DNA of 64,000 nt from an uncultured bacterium. Lineage in GTDB: Bacteria > Bacillota_I > Bacilli_A > RFN20 > CAG-826. How positions within the stretch are numbered: position 1 is the stretch's first letter; every line of letters starts with the position of its first letter. Positions 8,903 through 18,500 of this stretch are shown here, in pieces. The stretch spans positions 76,047 to 140,046 of the forward strand of contig CASFKG010000002.1 of assembly GCA_949295325.1 (NCBI GenBank), read 5' to 3'. The notes beneath the pieces are model-generated. The model searched no databases, was not told the origin of the DNA, and saw nothing but the letters and a program-made list of their open reading frames with translations. The position numbers were made by a program, and so were the translations under genes.

Positions 8903-9442
8903 ATGGATTTGAAAGGATCTAAAACCGAACAGAACCTCATGACCGCTTTCGCCGGCGAGTCGCAGGCCCACACCAAGTACGAGTACTATGCCTCCAAGGC
9001 CAAGAAGGAAGGCTACGAGCAGATAGCCGCCATCTTCATGGAGACTTCCCTTAACGAAAAGGAACACGCCAAGCTCTGGTTCAAGTACCTCCATGACGGC
9101 GACGTTCCCACCACCGAAGCCAACCTCAAGGACGCCGCCAGCGGAGAGAACTACGAATGGACCGACATGTATGCCGGCTTCGCCGAAACCGCCCGCAAGG
9201 AAGGCTTTGAGGAAATCGCCCTTAAGTTCGAGATGGTCGGGGCCATCGAAAAGGCCCACGAGGAGCGCTACCTGAAGCTTCTCGAGAAGGTCAAGGGCGG
9301 CAAGGTCTTCATTTCCGAGGACGTTACCGTCTGGAAGTGCCGCAACTGCGGACATCTCGTAATCGGCAAGTACGCCCCCGAGATTTGCCCGGTCTGCAAG
9401 CATCCGAAGAGCTTCTTCGAGCTTCGCGCCACCAACTATTAA
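8903..9442 (+). CDS. rbr: rubrerythrin
   Basis: Diiron four-helix N-domain ([22 protein letters not shown]…EKEHAKLW) plus a C-terminal rubredoxin-like CxxC…CxxC (CRNCGH…CPVCKH). Confidence 0.9.
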   Translation: MDLKGSKTEQNLMTAFAGESQAHTKYEYYASKAKKEGYEQIAAIFMETSLNEKEHAKLWFKYLHDGDVPTTEANLKDAASGENYEWTDMYAGFAETARKEGFEEIALKFEMVGAIEKAHEERYLKLLEKVKGGKVFISEDVTVWKCRNCGHLVIGKYAPEICPVCKHPKSFFELRATNY

Positions 9443-9460
9443 TCGATAGCAAAGGAGAAG

Positions 9461-9488
9461 GGCGGGGAGAAATCCCCGCCTTGTTCAT
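9461..9488 (+). terminator. rho-independent terminator after rubrerythrin
   Basis: GGCGGGGA-GAAA-TCCCCGCC hairpin followed by TTGTTCAT. Confidence 0.6.
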
Positions 9489-9492
9489 AGAC

Positions 9493-9753
9493 ATGGAAAA
9501 AATAGAAATCAACGTCGAAGGGATGATGTGCTCCAATTGCGAAAAGCACGTTGCCGAAGCGCTAAGCAAGGTGCCCGGCGTCAAATCCGCTTCCGCCGAC
9601 CGCGAGAAGAAAGCCGCTTTCGTCGAAGCCGAGGACGGGGTCGGAGACGACCTCCTCAAGGCCGCGGTGGAGGAAGCCGGGTACAAGCCCGGGGATGTCG
9701 CTAGGGCCAAAGAGAAGAGCCGTTGCTTTTTCTCGCGGCTATTCAAACGATAA
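9493..9753 (+). CDS. heavy-metal-associated (HMA) domain metallochaperone, CopZ-like
   Basis: MEKIEINVEGMMCSNCEKHV carries the GMxCxxC metal-binding motif in a ~86-aa ferredoxin-like fold. The ORF as called (9337) begins inside rubrerythrin, so the start was moved to ATG 9493. Confidence 0.6.
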   Translation: MEKIEINVEGMMCSNCEKHVAEALSKVPGVKSASADREKKAAFVEAEDGVGDDLLKAAVEEAGYKPGDVARAKEKSRCFFSRLFKR

Positions 9754-9799
9754 TCGCTCTTGATTTATCTCGGTTAGACCTTGATAATATCGAGGCGCT

Positions 9800-9876
9800 G
9801 GACCATTGGTGTAGCGGCCTAACATGCTTCCCTGTCACGGAAGAGACCACGGGTTCGAATCCCGTATGGTCCGCCA
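9800..9876 (+). tRNA. tRNA-Asp (GTC)
   Basis: GGACCAT acceptor, anticodon loop CTGTCAC, T-arm GGGTTCGAATCCC, 3' GCCA. Confidence 0.85.
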
Positions 9877-9882
9877 GCGTTT

Positions 9883-9958
9883 GGCCCGATAGCTCAGTCG
9901 GTAGAGCAAGGGACTGAAAATCCCTGTGTCGGCGGTTCGATTCCACCTTGGGCCACCA
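9883..9958 (+). tRNA. tRNA-Phe (GAA)
   Basis: GGCCCGATAGCTCAGTCGGTAGAGC…, anticodon loop CTGAAAA, 3' ACCA. Confidence 0.85.
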
Positions 9959-10007
9959 TTCCGTCAGTCTCGACCTTCGAAAGGGTCGTTGCAAGTTATA
10001 GCGAAAG

Positions 10008-10036
10008 GTCCGGATTTGCCGGGCTTTTTGTTTTTT
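10008..10036 (+). terminator. rho-independent terminator after the tRNA-Asp/Phe pair
   Basis: GTCCGG-ATTTG-CCGGGC hairpin followed by TTTTTGTTTTTT. Confidence 0.55.
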
Positions 10037-10191
10037 CCAGCCGCGGCCGGGATCTCGGACAAACACCGGGCGAATGGCGTTGGGCATCTTTTCCTTTCGA
10101 GAAACGAAATGTAAGCATTTTTAAGCCGGCGAAAATAATCGTTGCCTATATTGCCAATGCCGATATCCTTTCATCATCAAAGGAGAAACAC

Positions 10192-12615
10192 ATGGAAAGC
10201 AACAAACTATTATTGGCTTTGGCGGCTTCGGCCCTGGTTCTGGCTTCCTGCGCAGGGAATGCCTCTTCCTCTTCGGCCACCCCGCCGCCCGGGCCGTCGA
10301 CTTCATCGACCGGTAGCGATCCCGAACCGGCCACGGCCATCGACGATGCCTTCATCGCCGCTTTATCTGCCAATTCGATTGTCGGAGAAGGAACTTTGGC
10401 CAACTACGGTAGCGAAACGAACGTCGAACTGTTCATAGGAACCGAATCCTACGAGTTCTTCGACTATGACGATTTCGGATACTATTACCAAGCCCAAGTG
10501 CTGCACAAAAACGCGGACGGGACCGTCCAGAGCTACTACCGCGACATAACGAACGAAATCTTCGATTCCCAACTCCTGCTGGAAGGGAGCAAAACGGCGG
10601 TCCTTTGGGATAACAATTTCTACAATCCCTTCGGAAAGATCGCCGCTTCCGACTTGACGGAGGACGGGGCGGGGGGATACGACCTCGCCGCCGACAAGGT
10701 CAATGCCTTCTGCATACCGCTTATGTTCTATTCGGTCGGAACCTACGATTCCGTAAGCCTCTCGCGGCTGGGCGATAGTCTTGCGATTTCCATAGCGGCG
10801 ACCGACGCGCGGGGAGATGACATGGACATGTCTATCGAGGTCAGGCAAGGCGAAGAAGCCGACCGTGCGGTTCCCGTCCCCTACGAAACGGAAGAGTGCC
10901 ACGAGGGCATCGATGCCGCCTTGTACGATTGGACCATGGCTTTGGCCGGTCCGAGCGACACGACCGGCTTCGTCTACGAAAAGACCATGACCCCGCTCGA
11001 TGACGACAGCATGAGCGTCGCTAGTAGCAAATCGACGGTAACCTACAATGCGGTTCTTTTCGCAAACGACGGCGGGATCACCAGCGAAAACGACTGGGGT
11101 TATGCGCTTTATAGCGACGGGAAGTACTACGAGTTCGAGGTAGTAGACGGCACGGCGGTCCGGGGAGAACCCTACGAGGGCTCATCTTATTATCCGATTC
11201 CGTCTCCGAACATCATCGCCGCCGAGATGTTCGTTCCGACGAAAGATCAGGATACCTACCTCTATCGTGATCCGGCCACTGCCACCGAGGCCCTCATCTT
11301 CCTGCTGGAGGATGCCAATGTAATCGGCCTTGTTTCCTATCTGGGCGCCAAGGACCTCACGATCCACATCGGCCCGGACGGCTACGTCGACAATTTCTCG
11401 TATACGTCCGGCATGTACAACTACGGCGGTGGCCTTTACCACGAACGCGTAAGCGTCGACATCGCCGAATTCGATACGGCCACCATCGATTACGATTTCA
11501 CCATCGAGGAAATCGCTCCGATTCCCGACATGTACGGCACGTGGACCGGTACCGACTATTGGGAGGGGACCGAGTATACTTTGGAAATTTCGGAGGACAG
11601 CGTCATATTGAACGGCAACGCCGCCGAACTCGTCTTGACGGAAACCAACCAGTGGGGTTACTACATCGGGACCCTGACATCCGGTCAAGATACTTTTGCT
11701 TTCGAGTACTATCCGGCGAGTTCCGGTTATCCGAAGCAAATCCTCCTCGAAAACGATACCTGCAGCGTTTACCTCGAAATAGCGGACAACGAGCCAATCG
11801 CCATGCCAGATGAGCTAATCGGTTCCTGGCACGGGGAAGAGGAGGGAAGCGGCTTCGCCTTCGACGTCGTCATCCTCAGTGGATCCGATATCAGCATCAA
11901 CGGCGTCTCCGCCGAAGTCGGCGAATGGGGCGAGACCTCCGACGGACTCGGCTACAAAGCCGAATTGACCGTCGAAGGCACCGTCTACGTTTTGACCTAC
12001 CGTCCGGCGGCCGGCACTTTCCGCCTCACGGACGAAACCGGGGCCTTGGTCGTCGATCTCGTGAGGACCGGGGAAGCCGAACCCGCCATCGATCCGAAGT
12101 TCGTAGGAACCTGGCAGGGGATCGACGATGCCGGCGGCGCAAGCCATACGCTGGTGATAAACGCCGATGCCACCGCCACCTATGACGGCGTTGCTTTCGA
12201 CGAACCGTTGGAATTCGTTAAGACCGTGTTTTCCGAAAAGGCCACCGCTACCCTCGGCGACAAGGAGTACGAAATCGAATACCTTTCGGGACTTGAGGGC
12301 GATTACATAAAAGTTACCGACGAGGATTACGTCGAAGCCACCCTCTACAAATCCTTTCCGTCCTTCGACTTCCCGGACGAATACGTCGGGACGTGGTCCG
12401 ACGGTACCCATGAGTTGGTGATGGGCGGGGACGGGACGATCGTATTCGACGGAACGCCCGCGACTTCCTTCGTTTCAACTGGCTTCGAAGGCGAATACGT
12501 TGCGGTCATCGGCGGAGAAACCTACGACATAAGCTACGTTGACTATTCCGGCCAGCAGCCCTTCTTCAGCGTACTGACTCCCGACGGAAACCCCCTCATT
12601 CTCAGGAAAGCCTGA
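10192..12615 (+). CDS. acidic lipoprotein with four C-terminal tandem ~95-aa repeats (unknown family)
   Basis: Signal peptide plus lipobox (MESNKLLLALAASALVLASCAGN), followed by a Ser/Pro-rich linker. The C-terminal half has four repeats. Each opens with [YLFY][GIVV]G[TS]W and the first three have an I[LS]?[IV]NG[NV][AS]AE motif, the fourth being more diverged (YGTWTG…, IGSWHG…, VGTWQG…, VGTWSD…). An RBS (AAAGGAG) precedes the ATG. Confidence 0.7.
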   Translation: MESNKLLLALAASALVLASCAGNASSSSATPPPGPSTSSTGSDPEPATAIDDAFIAALSANSIVGEGTLANYGSETNVELFIGTESYEFFDYDDFGYYYQAQVLHKNADGTVQSYYRDITNEIFDSQLLLEGSKTAVLWDNNFYNPFGKIAASDLTEDGAGGYDLAADKVNAFCIPLMFYSVGTYDSVSLSRLGDSLAISIAATDARGDDMDMSIEVRQGEEADRAVPVPYETEECHEGIDAALYDWTMALAGPSDTTGFVYEKTMTPLDDDSMSVASSKSTVTYNAVLFANDGGITSENDWGYALYSDGKYYEFEVVDGTAVRGEPYEGSSYYPIPSPNIIAAEMFVPTKDQDTYLYRDPATATEALIFLLEDANVIGLVSYLGAKDLTIHIGPDGYVDNFSYTSGMYNYGGGLYHERVSVDIAEFDTATIDYDFTIEEIAPIPDMYGTWTGTDYWEGTEYTLEISEDSVILNGNAAELVLTETNQWGYYIGTLTSGQDTFAFEYYPASSGYPKQILLENDTCSVYLEIADNEPIAMPDELIGSWHGEEEGSGFAFDVVILSGSDISINGVSAEVGEWGETSDGLGYKAELTVEGTVYVLTYRPAAGTFRLTDETGALVVDLVRTGEAEPAIDPKFVGTWQGIDDAGGASHTLVINADATATYDGVAFDEPLEFVKTVFSEKATATLGDKEYEIEYLSGLEGDYIKVTDEDYVEATLYKSFPSFDFPDEYVGTWSDGTHELVMGGDGTIVFDGTPATSFVSTGFEGEYVAVIGGETYDISYVDYSGQQPFFSVLTPDGNPLILRKA

Positions 12616-12644
12616 TAAGCCAAACGGTCAAAAGCCCTCCTTTC

Positions 12645-12666
12645 GCCCAAGAGGATGGGCTTTTTT
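12645..12666 (+). terminator. rho-independent terminator after the lipoprotein gene
   Basis: GCCCA-AGAGGA-TGGGC hairpin followed by TTTTTT. Confidence 0.65.
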
Positions 12667-13149
12667 CCTTGCGGGCAACCTGCCGGAAGCGGGAACGGCG
12701 AACGGCTCGAAAAAGGGATACGGGCGGCTTTTCTATTGGCCCTTGGCTTCGGGATATCCCTTTATCTCCCTTCGATGGCCTTTCCTGACCTATACGCCTA
12801 TATATTCAACGCGGACGAAGAAGTCCTTGGACTCGTTAGAACATACGCCCCGTTGTTCCTCGTGGGGACGATAATGTTCCCGATCCAAATGACGTTGCAG
12901 AACCTGAACGTCGCCTTTGGCCAGGCCAAAAGCGCGATTGTCCTTGCGGTCATGAGAAAGGTCGGCATACTCATTCCACTATGCTTCGTCCTTTCGCATT
13001 TCCTTTCCTATCCAGGGGTCTACATGTCGGAAGGCATAGCCGATTTGGTTGCCGGGACCATCACCGGCATCGTGATATTCTCGACCTTTCCGCGGATCAT
13101 AAGAAGAAGGTCGGAATCGGCAAAGAAATACGTCGGAAACGACTCCTGA
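12655..13149 (+). pseudogene. remnant of a MATE-family efflux transporter (C-terminal ~3 TM helices only)
   Basis: The translation (…TYAPLFLVGTIMFPIQMTLQNLNVAFGQAKSAIVLAVMRKVGILIPLCFVLSHFL…GIADLVAGTITGIVIF) matches the conserved C-terminus of MATE/NorM/DinF transporters. The N-terminal ~300 aa are absent. The only in-frame ATG (12655) lies inside the preceding terminator hairpin and has no RBS. Confidence 0.4.
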
Positions 13150-13218
13150 GGGCTCCGGCGCTCCTTGAGTCTAAGAGATTTATACATAGTAAAGACACTG
13201 GATATTTTTTGCCGAAAA

Positions 13219-13245
13219 GAAAACGCCCCGCCGGGGCGTTGCTTC
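13219..13245 (-). terminator. rho-independent terminator downstream of the minus-strand tRNA-Asp/Gly pair
   Basis: Minus-strand reading: ACGCCCC-GGC-GGGGCGT hairpin followed by TTCTTTTCGGCAAAAAA. Confidence 0.5.
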
Positions 13246-13249
13246 CTAT

Positions 13250-13323
13250 TGGAGCAGGTGACGAGAATCGAACTCGCATAGTCAGCTTGGAAGGCTGATG
13301 TTCTACCACTGAACTACACCTGC
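13250..13323 (-). tRNA. tRNA-Gly (TCC)
   Basis: Reverse complement is GCAGGTGTAGTTCAGTGGTAGAAC…, anticodon loop CTTCCAA, 3' TCCA. Confidence 0.85.
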
Positions 13324-13324
13324 G

Positions 13325-13401
13325 TGGCGGACCATACGGGATTCGAACCCGTGGTCTCTTCCGTGACAGGGAAGCATGTTAGGCCGCTACACCAATGGTC
13401 C
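13325..13401 (-). tRNA. tRNA-Asp (GTC), second copy
   Basis: Its reverse complement is 77/77 identical to the plus-strand tRNA-Asp at 9800..9876. Confidence 0.85.
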
Positions 13402-13442
13402 ATTCGCGTAGCCCGGCTAATATAGCACGGACCCGCGGGCGA

Positions 13443-13748
13443 TTAAAGGTTTAGTAGAGACAAAACGCTCTCTTTCGGCATATAGCCCATGCGGACAGCC
13501 AACGTTTTGCCGTTTTCGAAGGCAATGAGGGTCGGGATGGCGCTCACGCGGTAGACGGAAGCGAGTTCCGGGACTTCGTCGACGTTGACCTTTAGAACGT
13601 TGATTTCGGGATGTTCCTTGGCGATCTCTTCGACGATGGGGGACAGCATCTTGCAGGGCCCGCACCAGTCGGCATAGAAGTCGACTAGGACCTTGCCCGA
13701 TTGGATTTCGACATCGAATTCCGACTTGCTAGCAATGTGTTTCAGCAT
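13443..13748 (-). CDS. trxA: thioredoxin
   Basis: 101 aa with the WCGPC active site (VDFYADWCGPCKMLSP) and a typical Trx fold length. Confidence 0.85.
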   Translation of the reverse strand: MLKHIASKSEFDVEIQSGKVLVDFYADWCGPCKMLSPIVEEIAKEHPEINVLKVNVDEVPELASVYRVSAIPTLIAFENGKTLAVRMGYMPKESVLSLLNL

Positions 13749-13775
13749 GTTTTTCTCCTTTTTGATCTTATGGTT

Positions 13776-14714
13776 CTACGCCGCGCCCACGCAAAGGGCC
13801 ACGATAAGGAATATCAGCCCAAGGTGTATCGGGTAATAGGCATAGCAACCGTACTTGAACCATTTGCCATTGTAACCAAGTCTTCCGCTATAGCAAGCAA
13901 CTAGCACCGCGGAAAGGCAGGAATAGCTTTGCAGCCCCATGCTCCAGATGTCGTAGGGCCCCGAGGCGAATAGTTCGGTGGCGCCGATGGAACATAATCC
14001 CCAGAAAACGAGATTGACGACGATGATCGATCCGGCACAGAAAAGATCTAGCAGAAAGCGGTAGTCTTCCGTCTTCCTATACTCGTCCATCATTTCCTCG
14101 CCTCTGATGGCCGAGACCGACGAGACGAGCATTTCCAGAAGTTTCGGGGAGTAGTAGAAAAGCATGAACAGGGCAAAGCCGTAGATGTTATAGCCTCCGA
14201 AGAAAAGCCGGAAAGGCGCATAGGCGATATCCACGCCCGACATGAACCTTATGAAATACGACGCCCCGACATAGGCCAAAGGCAAAAGCGCCAACGTCCG
14301 GATTTTCCGGTTTTTGCTTTCCAACAGGTAAATAAACAAGGCGTAGGGCAGCAAATCGGAAAAAGCCTGGCTACCGACATTTGTGGAAAAGCCGAACTGG
14401 ATGACGCAGGAGACGGCCAAAACCGCAATCCATACTGCCGAGAGCCTCAGTAAATACCTTTCCCTGGAATGGGTATGGCGGAGGCCTTCTGCCAAAAGGA
14501 ATACGAATAGCGGGAAGGAGAGCCGACCTATCATCCTCAGGACAAGTATCAGGTTATCGAGCCAGCCACCGGAAACGATTAGTATCCCGGCGCTAGGAAG
14601 AACGTTCTCCAAGGCCAATCCGACATGGTCGACCGTCATGGTAATCAGGGCGACGACCTTTAGCCAAAACGAATCGATGACCAGGTGTTTTTTCTTATTT
14701 AGCGTTTCTTCCAT
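13776..14714 (-). CDS. TraX-family polytopic membrane protein
   Basis: N-terminal motif FWLKVVALITMTVDHVGLAL is characteristic of TraX family proteins. It has 8-9 predicted TM helices. Confidence 0.55.
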   Translation of the reverse strand: MEETLNKKKHLVIDSFWLKVVALITMTVDHVGLALENVLPSAGILIVSGGWLDNLILVLRMIGRLSFPLFVFLLAEGLRHTHSRERYLLRLSAVWIAVLAVSCVIQFGFSTNVGSQAFSDLLPYALFIYLLESKNRKIRTLALLPLAYVGASYFIRFMSGVDIAYAPFRLFFGGYNIYGFALFMLFYYSPKLLEMLVSSVSAIRGEEMMDEYRKTEDYRFLLDLFCAGSIIVVNLVFWGLCSIGATELFASGPYDIWSMGLQSYSCLSAVLVACYSGRLGYNGKWFKYGCYAYYPIHLGLIFLIVALCVGAA

Positions 14715-15529
14715 CAGACGGCTCCTGCGGCGATAAGTATAACCGAGAGGAGGTTATTGAGGGCATGGGTCGTTAGGGAGGCACCCAATCCCTGCTTGTC
14801 GTAAACATAGCAGAGTATGAGGCCCGGCACGATGTAGGAAGGCAGGTTCAGCCATTCGTTAAGGGAACCGATATTCGTGAAGTCGAAATGGATGAAGCCG
14901 AATATCGCCCCGGCAACTATGTATGCGATCCAGTCGTTAGCACGTTTAAGCACCCCGAAAAGTCCGACCCTGTAGATGAGTTCTTCGGCGAATGGCCCCA
15001 AAAGCCCAAGGAAGACGATGGCCAGGGCCGGAGATGCCAGTACGATCTGATTGACAAGAGTCTGGTTCTGGTTGTCGGTGACGTTGGCCCCTGCAAGGCT
15101 AAGTACCAGTCCATAGAGGAAATTAAACACATAGATCACAATGAAGCCGACGAGGCCCAAAACAGGTCCTTTCCAGGAAAATTTGCGCAATATCCCCTTC
15201 CATTTGTCGAAAACGATAAGGCACAGTAGGACTAGGACCGTCCCATAACTCACATACTGTGCAATCGAAAGGTTCACGGGGTCCGTTACGGCGCTTTGTC
15301 CGCCGGCAGAAAGCTGAATCAATTGGACCGCCGTTGCTACGAGGGAAAGCAAAAGATAGCCACCTAGCGCAAGCGCGATTTCCCTCGCGGCCCCGACCGG
15401 ATAAAAACCGGAGAATCCCCTGGTGGATGCCGGATCGTCGTTTTCCTTTCCGCACTTCGGGCAATCCTTCAGCGCAGCATCGTAAGTCGACCCGCATTCC
15501 TGGCATTTACGGTAGGTGACAATCCGCAT
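14714..15529 (-). CDS. CPBP-family intramembrane metalloprotease (CAAX protease/Abi-like) with an N-terminal zinc ribbon
   Basis: CPBP motifs: EExxxR (FAEELIYRVGLFG), FxxxH (FGFIHF) and HALNNLL. The N-terminus has CQECGS…CPKCGK (2×CxxC). Confidence 0.7.
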   Translation of the reverse strand: MRIVTYRKCQECGSTYDAALKDCPKCGKENDDPASTRGFSGFYPVGAAREIALALGGYLLLSLVATAVQLIQLSAGGQSAVTDPVNLSIAQYVSYGTVLVLLCLIVFDKWKGILRKFSWKGPVLGLVGFIVIYVFNFLYGLVLSLAGANVTDNQNQTLVNQIVLASPALAIVFLGLLGPFAEELIYRVGLFGVLKRANDWIAYIVAGAIFGFIHFDFTNIGSLNEWLNLPSYIVPGLILCYVYDKQGLGASLTTHALNNLLSVILIAAGAV

Positions 15530-15531
15530 GT

Positions 15532-15551
15532 GGCAAATGTTATCATTTGCC
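15532..15551. promoter_or_regulatory. 20-bp perfect palindrome (GGCAAATG-TTAT-CATTTGCC) in a divergent promoter region
   Basis: Sits 3 nt from the CPBP start codon (minus strand). It is 27 nt upstream of the extended -10 (TGcGATAAT, 15575-15583) of the giant gene. Confidence 0.45.
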
Positions 15552-15590
15552 TAGTGCTTGTGCATATTTCTTTGTGCGATAATTGCAGAC

Positions 15591-18500
15591 ATGGGATCCC
15601 TATTCAGAATTTTGGCCGACGCCGTCGACGTCGGTTCGATAGTCGATATTTTGACGACTTCGCTCAACGTTGCCTTCTGGGCGATAGTCGCCCTGCTCAT
15701 ACTAGCCTTCCTTTGGGGCCTTCTCCACGGCTGGCGTTACGGGGTCTACCGCCTCGTTTCCTTTGCCATTTGGATCGCCGTCTTCCTGATTTGCCTTGAA
15801 CCGCTTGCCGATTTCGTCGGCAACTTCGATCTATCCGGTTTCGGCTTGCCGGCTATAAACCTGGCCATTAACGGTGCGACGGTTTCGGTTTCCTGGACAA
15901 CGCCTTTCGCGACCATCGGAACGCTGGTTAGCGAGGCCATGAAGGCCCTAGGGACAAACCTCGATCCTTCCGAGCTTGCTTCCTACGCCATTTCGCTGGC
16001 CACAAACAGCGTCAAACTCGTTCTTCTTTTGGTCTACGGGCTGCTGTTGCTAACCCTCGTAAATTTCGTCATCTGGCTTTTCTGGCACATCCTTTTCAAG
16101 TGGCTCACCCCGAAGAGAATCCGTAGAAACCGGAAGAAGATGAACAAAGGACGCATAGTGAACGGCCTTGTCCAGACCGCCTTCGTCTTCGTCGCTGGCG
16201 CCTTGGTTATCTACCCGCTGACTTCCGTTGTGAATACCATCAACCAAGCCGTGGTCCGCCCCGACGAAGAAACGATGGAACAGATAAGGGCGGATAACGG
16301 AACCTACGCGACGGTTGTCGACGTCCTAGATGCCTACGACTCTTCGATTTTTGCCCAGGTTTTCTTCAACTGGAGCGAATCGGAAGGCATGACGTTCGAC
16401 GCGAAGCTCATCGATCTTCTGATAAACAGCAATTATGGCGACATGTCGGTGTCGCTTCTTCAGGAACTGGGATCAATCGCTTCCATTGCCGCGACGGCGC
16501 TTTCTACCGGCGTCGACTTAAGCGGCAGCCAAGGCGAAATCCTTTCGACATTGATTACCGCCAATCAAACCCCGGAAATACTTAGGCTTTTGGCCGACAA
16601 CCAACTGGTGAGCATCGCCCTTCCCTTCGCCTTTCAGATTGCGGTTAACATCGACGAGGTTTCCTCTTATCTCTTGACCGACGAGGGAATCGCCGCCGAC
16701 AGCGAGGATTTCTCCAATGCCCTCGATTCCTTGGCGGATCTATACCAAGGCGTCCTCGATTCGGGGACCCTCGAAGGCCTATACATCGACGATAACGGCC
16801 AAATGAGCTTCGACCTGGATTACGTCTTCAATCTTTTTAACGAGGAAACGAAGGCCGACTTCGATGCTTTCTTCGACTCGATTGACGACGGCAAGCTTGC
16901 CCTTTTCGAGAACATACTCGACAGTTTCGCCTACGTCCAGGCGGTAGCTGCCGATAAGCAGTTCGGAGAAGATCCCAACGTCCTTACCATCGCCGACTTT
17001 TTGCCGGAAGCCACCTTCGTCGACACGAACAACGACGGTCGTCCGGACGCGGTGAGCCAGGATTTCAAGGACATCGAGTGGGGAAGCGAATTACGCTACG
17101 TCTACGACTTCGTCTACGAAGCCAATTCGATCGATCCAGATTTCGCCCCGGCCCTGTTGTCCGGCCTCATGGCCTCCGGCGGGACGGGCGAGGTGAACAT
17201 GCAGCCGGTCATCGACTTTGCCGTCGACAACATCACCGACATATCCGACCTCTTCGTCGGCGATCTCGGCGACATCGATTCCGAAACCGGGCATTCGAAG
17301 ACGGAAGGGGAGACCTGCCTCCTCGACTCGTCACTCATCAACAACGCGATGCCGAAAATGCTTTCTTTGCTTGGAACCGGCATAAATTCCGGTCTATTCG
17401 AGGACGAGGAAGTCGTCGACATGCAGCCCATCACCGACGAACTGGAGGGCGCGACGGTCGCGGAGAGCATGATCAACTACAAACGCGAGCTCTCCTCTCT
17501 TCTCTCCGTCATGGAGGAGTTCCTCGTCGGCCATCCCTCCGCGTCCGCGCTTTTGAAGGATTTCGAGGAACATCCGGGCGTCTACATCGATCCCGACAAC
17601 GTCTTCCAAGGCATGGAAGGCGATATCTATGACGGGGCAATCGACGCCCTAAGGGTTATGGATTCCTCTTTGATAGCGAGCAATATCCTGCCGGCGGTCT
17701 TCTCAAAATTCCTCGACGGGGACGGCAATTTCGTCAATAACCTGCTCGGGCCCGAAGCCTTGCCGCTTGATTTCGGCGTCGAAAACCTCGGTGGGGAACT
17801 GGCCGACCTATTGGCCGCGGTTAAGGAACTGGACCCCTATATCCCGGTTCTTACCGGACTTGGTAGTTCCAGTTTCTCCTCCTCCCAGATCAAGGACCTC
17901 CTTTCCGTCGAAATCGGCGAGGGGAGCGATGCCAAACCCCTTCTTGGATACCTGCTCGATTTATTTGCCAACAGCAAGATCCTCAATCCGGTCGACGAAG
18001 TCGACGGAGTGACCGTGATAAACACCAACTACTACTGTCTCATGAAGACCGTGGCCGATGCTGCCTTCGGGGAGGGCAGTTTCCGGCTTTCCATCGGCGA
18101 TTTCCAGGATGCTTCCTTCGCGGAAAGCGAAAACGACGCATTCTTGAGGGTCCTTGGCGAAATCGTCGATACCGGGCTGCTCGATAACCTCGGCGATGTC
18201 GCTTCGGGCGAGATTACCCGGGTCCTTCGGGTCCTCAACGCCATTCCGGAAGAGGATTTCGTCTCCCTGTTCGGATCGCTTGGCGATTCCTTGGTCCTGA
18301 AGAGCTGCATAAGCGACTTCCTCGACGAGAACCTCACCGCCGCGTTGTTCGGGACCGATAGCGGCATATCCTTCGGAAACGTGACCGATTGGGTCGAGGA
18401 AGGACGGTCGCTCAAGGCCCTTATACGCTTTGCAAGCGAAGTAGGGGATCTTTCCAATATCGACTTCTTCAATAGCGACCCCTATGCCGTGGAGGGGATT

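Noticed and set aside
8855-9403. 182-aa minus-strand ORF antisense to rubrerythrin
   Set aside because: It is the opposite strand of a confidently identified rbr gene. A long antisense frame is typical of high-GC DNA.
9743-10087. 114-aa minus-strand ORF
   Set aside because: It lies entirely across the tRNA-Asp and tRNA-Phe genes and their terminator. It is a GC-rich reading-frame artefact.
13097-13309. 70-aa minus-strand ORF
   Set aside because: It overlaps tRNA-Gly and its terminator. Spurious.
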